IMG/VR virus record: IMGVR_UViG_2831987924_000001
Reading direction: 5' to 3' (one strand)
Origin: a virus
Taxonomy: Duplodnaviria > Caudoviricetes
DNA: 64,000 nt
The notes under the pieces were generated by a model. It searched no databases. It worked only from the letters and a program-made list of their open reading frames with translations, and had not been told where the DNA came from. Position numbers and translations under genes: made by a program. Positions 63,308 to 64,000 of the stretch are shown in pieces (position 1 is the first letter of the stretch; every line of letters begins with the position of its first letter).

Positions 63308-64000
63308 TTATTTAATATTATGTATTCTAGGAATAATAATTTCATTTATGTATTGCTCATTTATTTCACTCGCTATGTAATTGCGATTATTTCTTATACA
63401 TGAAACAATTTCACTTCCACTTCCTGCGAATGGTATGTATACTAAATCGCCTTCATTTGAAGCAACTTTTACAATAATATCACAAACTTATTCATGTTTA
63501 GGAGTAAAATGCCCTTGTTTACGTTGATTCCCATAAATCCATACATTACTTCTTAATTTACCTCTTGGATCAGGAATATACCCTCTTTCAATATCTTTTT
63601 TATTTCTTTTCTTTAATATAGTTTCATAATCATCTTTATAAGGCTCTCTCACATCATCTGCATTAAAAATATAATTCTTTTTGTCATTAACAAATGAAAT
63701 ACAATTCTCGAATAATTGTCTAAATTTACATTTTCCACCGATTGGATTCCCATTTGGTTTGTACCAAATATTCTCTTGCAGTGGCTCAAAATATTTTTTA
63801 GCAATATGAACAATTGAATGTATTGTCGGGAAAATACCCCAAATATATACACTTCCATTTGGTTTTAATAATCGTTTAAATTCTTTAAGCCACAACTCAC
63901 ACCAATCAAGATATTCATTTTCATTATTCCATTGTTTATCCCATTTTTCATTAACTACATCATAGTAAGGAGGATCAGCAATAATTAAATCAAAACCATT
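63308..64000 (-). pseudogene. Beta-class DNA methyltransferase (5' end outside window) with an in-frame TAA at 63488-63490
   Basis: LIIADPPY near the window edge; HFTPKHE-TAA-VCDIIVKVASNEGDLVYIPFAGSGSE continues in frame to a stop at 63308. Confidence 0.88.

Larger units (their letters stand above)
1051..64000 (-). mobile_element. Large SPbeta-like prophage (continues past the window end)
   Basis: Serine integrase at the boundary, low GC, co-oriented genes, SPbeta-like replication, RNR and yopPQR-like modules. No structural genes in this window. Confidence 0.93.

Overview
The window holds one end and about 63 kb of a large, very AT-rich, SPbeta-like temperate prophage, with almost all genes on the minus strand. 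It is integrated into the pdp (pyrimidine-nucleoside phosphorylase) gene of a GC-richer, Geobacillus-like host. The large serine integrase has no stop codon before the att junction (about 1050/1051) and reads in frame into the last 349 residues of Pdp. The prophage carries nucleotide-metabolism genes (RNR, thyA, dfr, tdk), a two-subunit type IIA topoisomerase and a replication module whose dnaE is split by a 375-nt group I intron inside the PD|ID catalytic motif. It also carries DNA ligase, a yopP/yopQ/mrpR-like lysogeny module and eight DNA methyltransferase loci, four of them broken by in-frame stops. Standout items: (1) a complete compact type V-F CRISPR system (Cas12f1, tracrRNA, leader, 4 repeats and 3 spacers, no cas1/cas2) with a coupled small ORF, where two spacers translate as recombinase fragments; (2) about 30 copies of an 18-bp ATAAAA-N6-TTTTAT-type inverted-repeat site at accessory gene junctions, suggesting a gene-cassette recombination system; (3) two MazE/AimX-like peptides; (4) a solo TnpB. 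Family calls come from recalled motifs; no database search was run.
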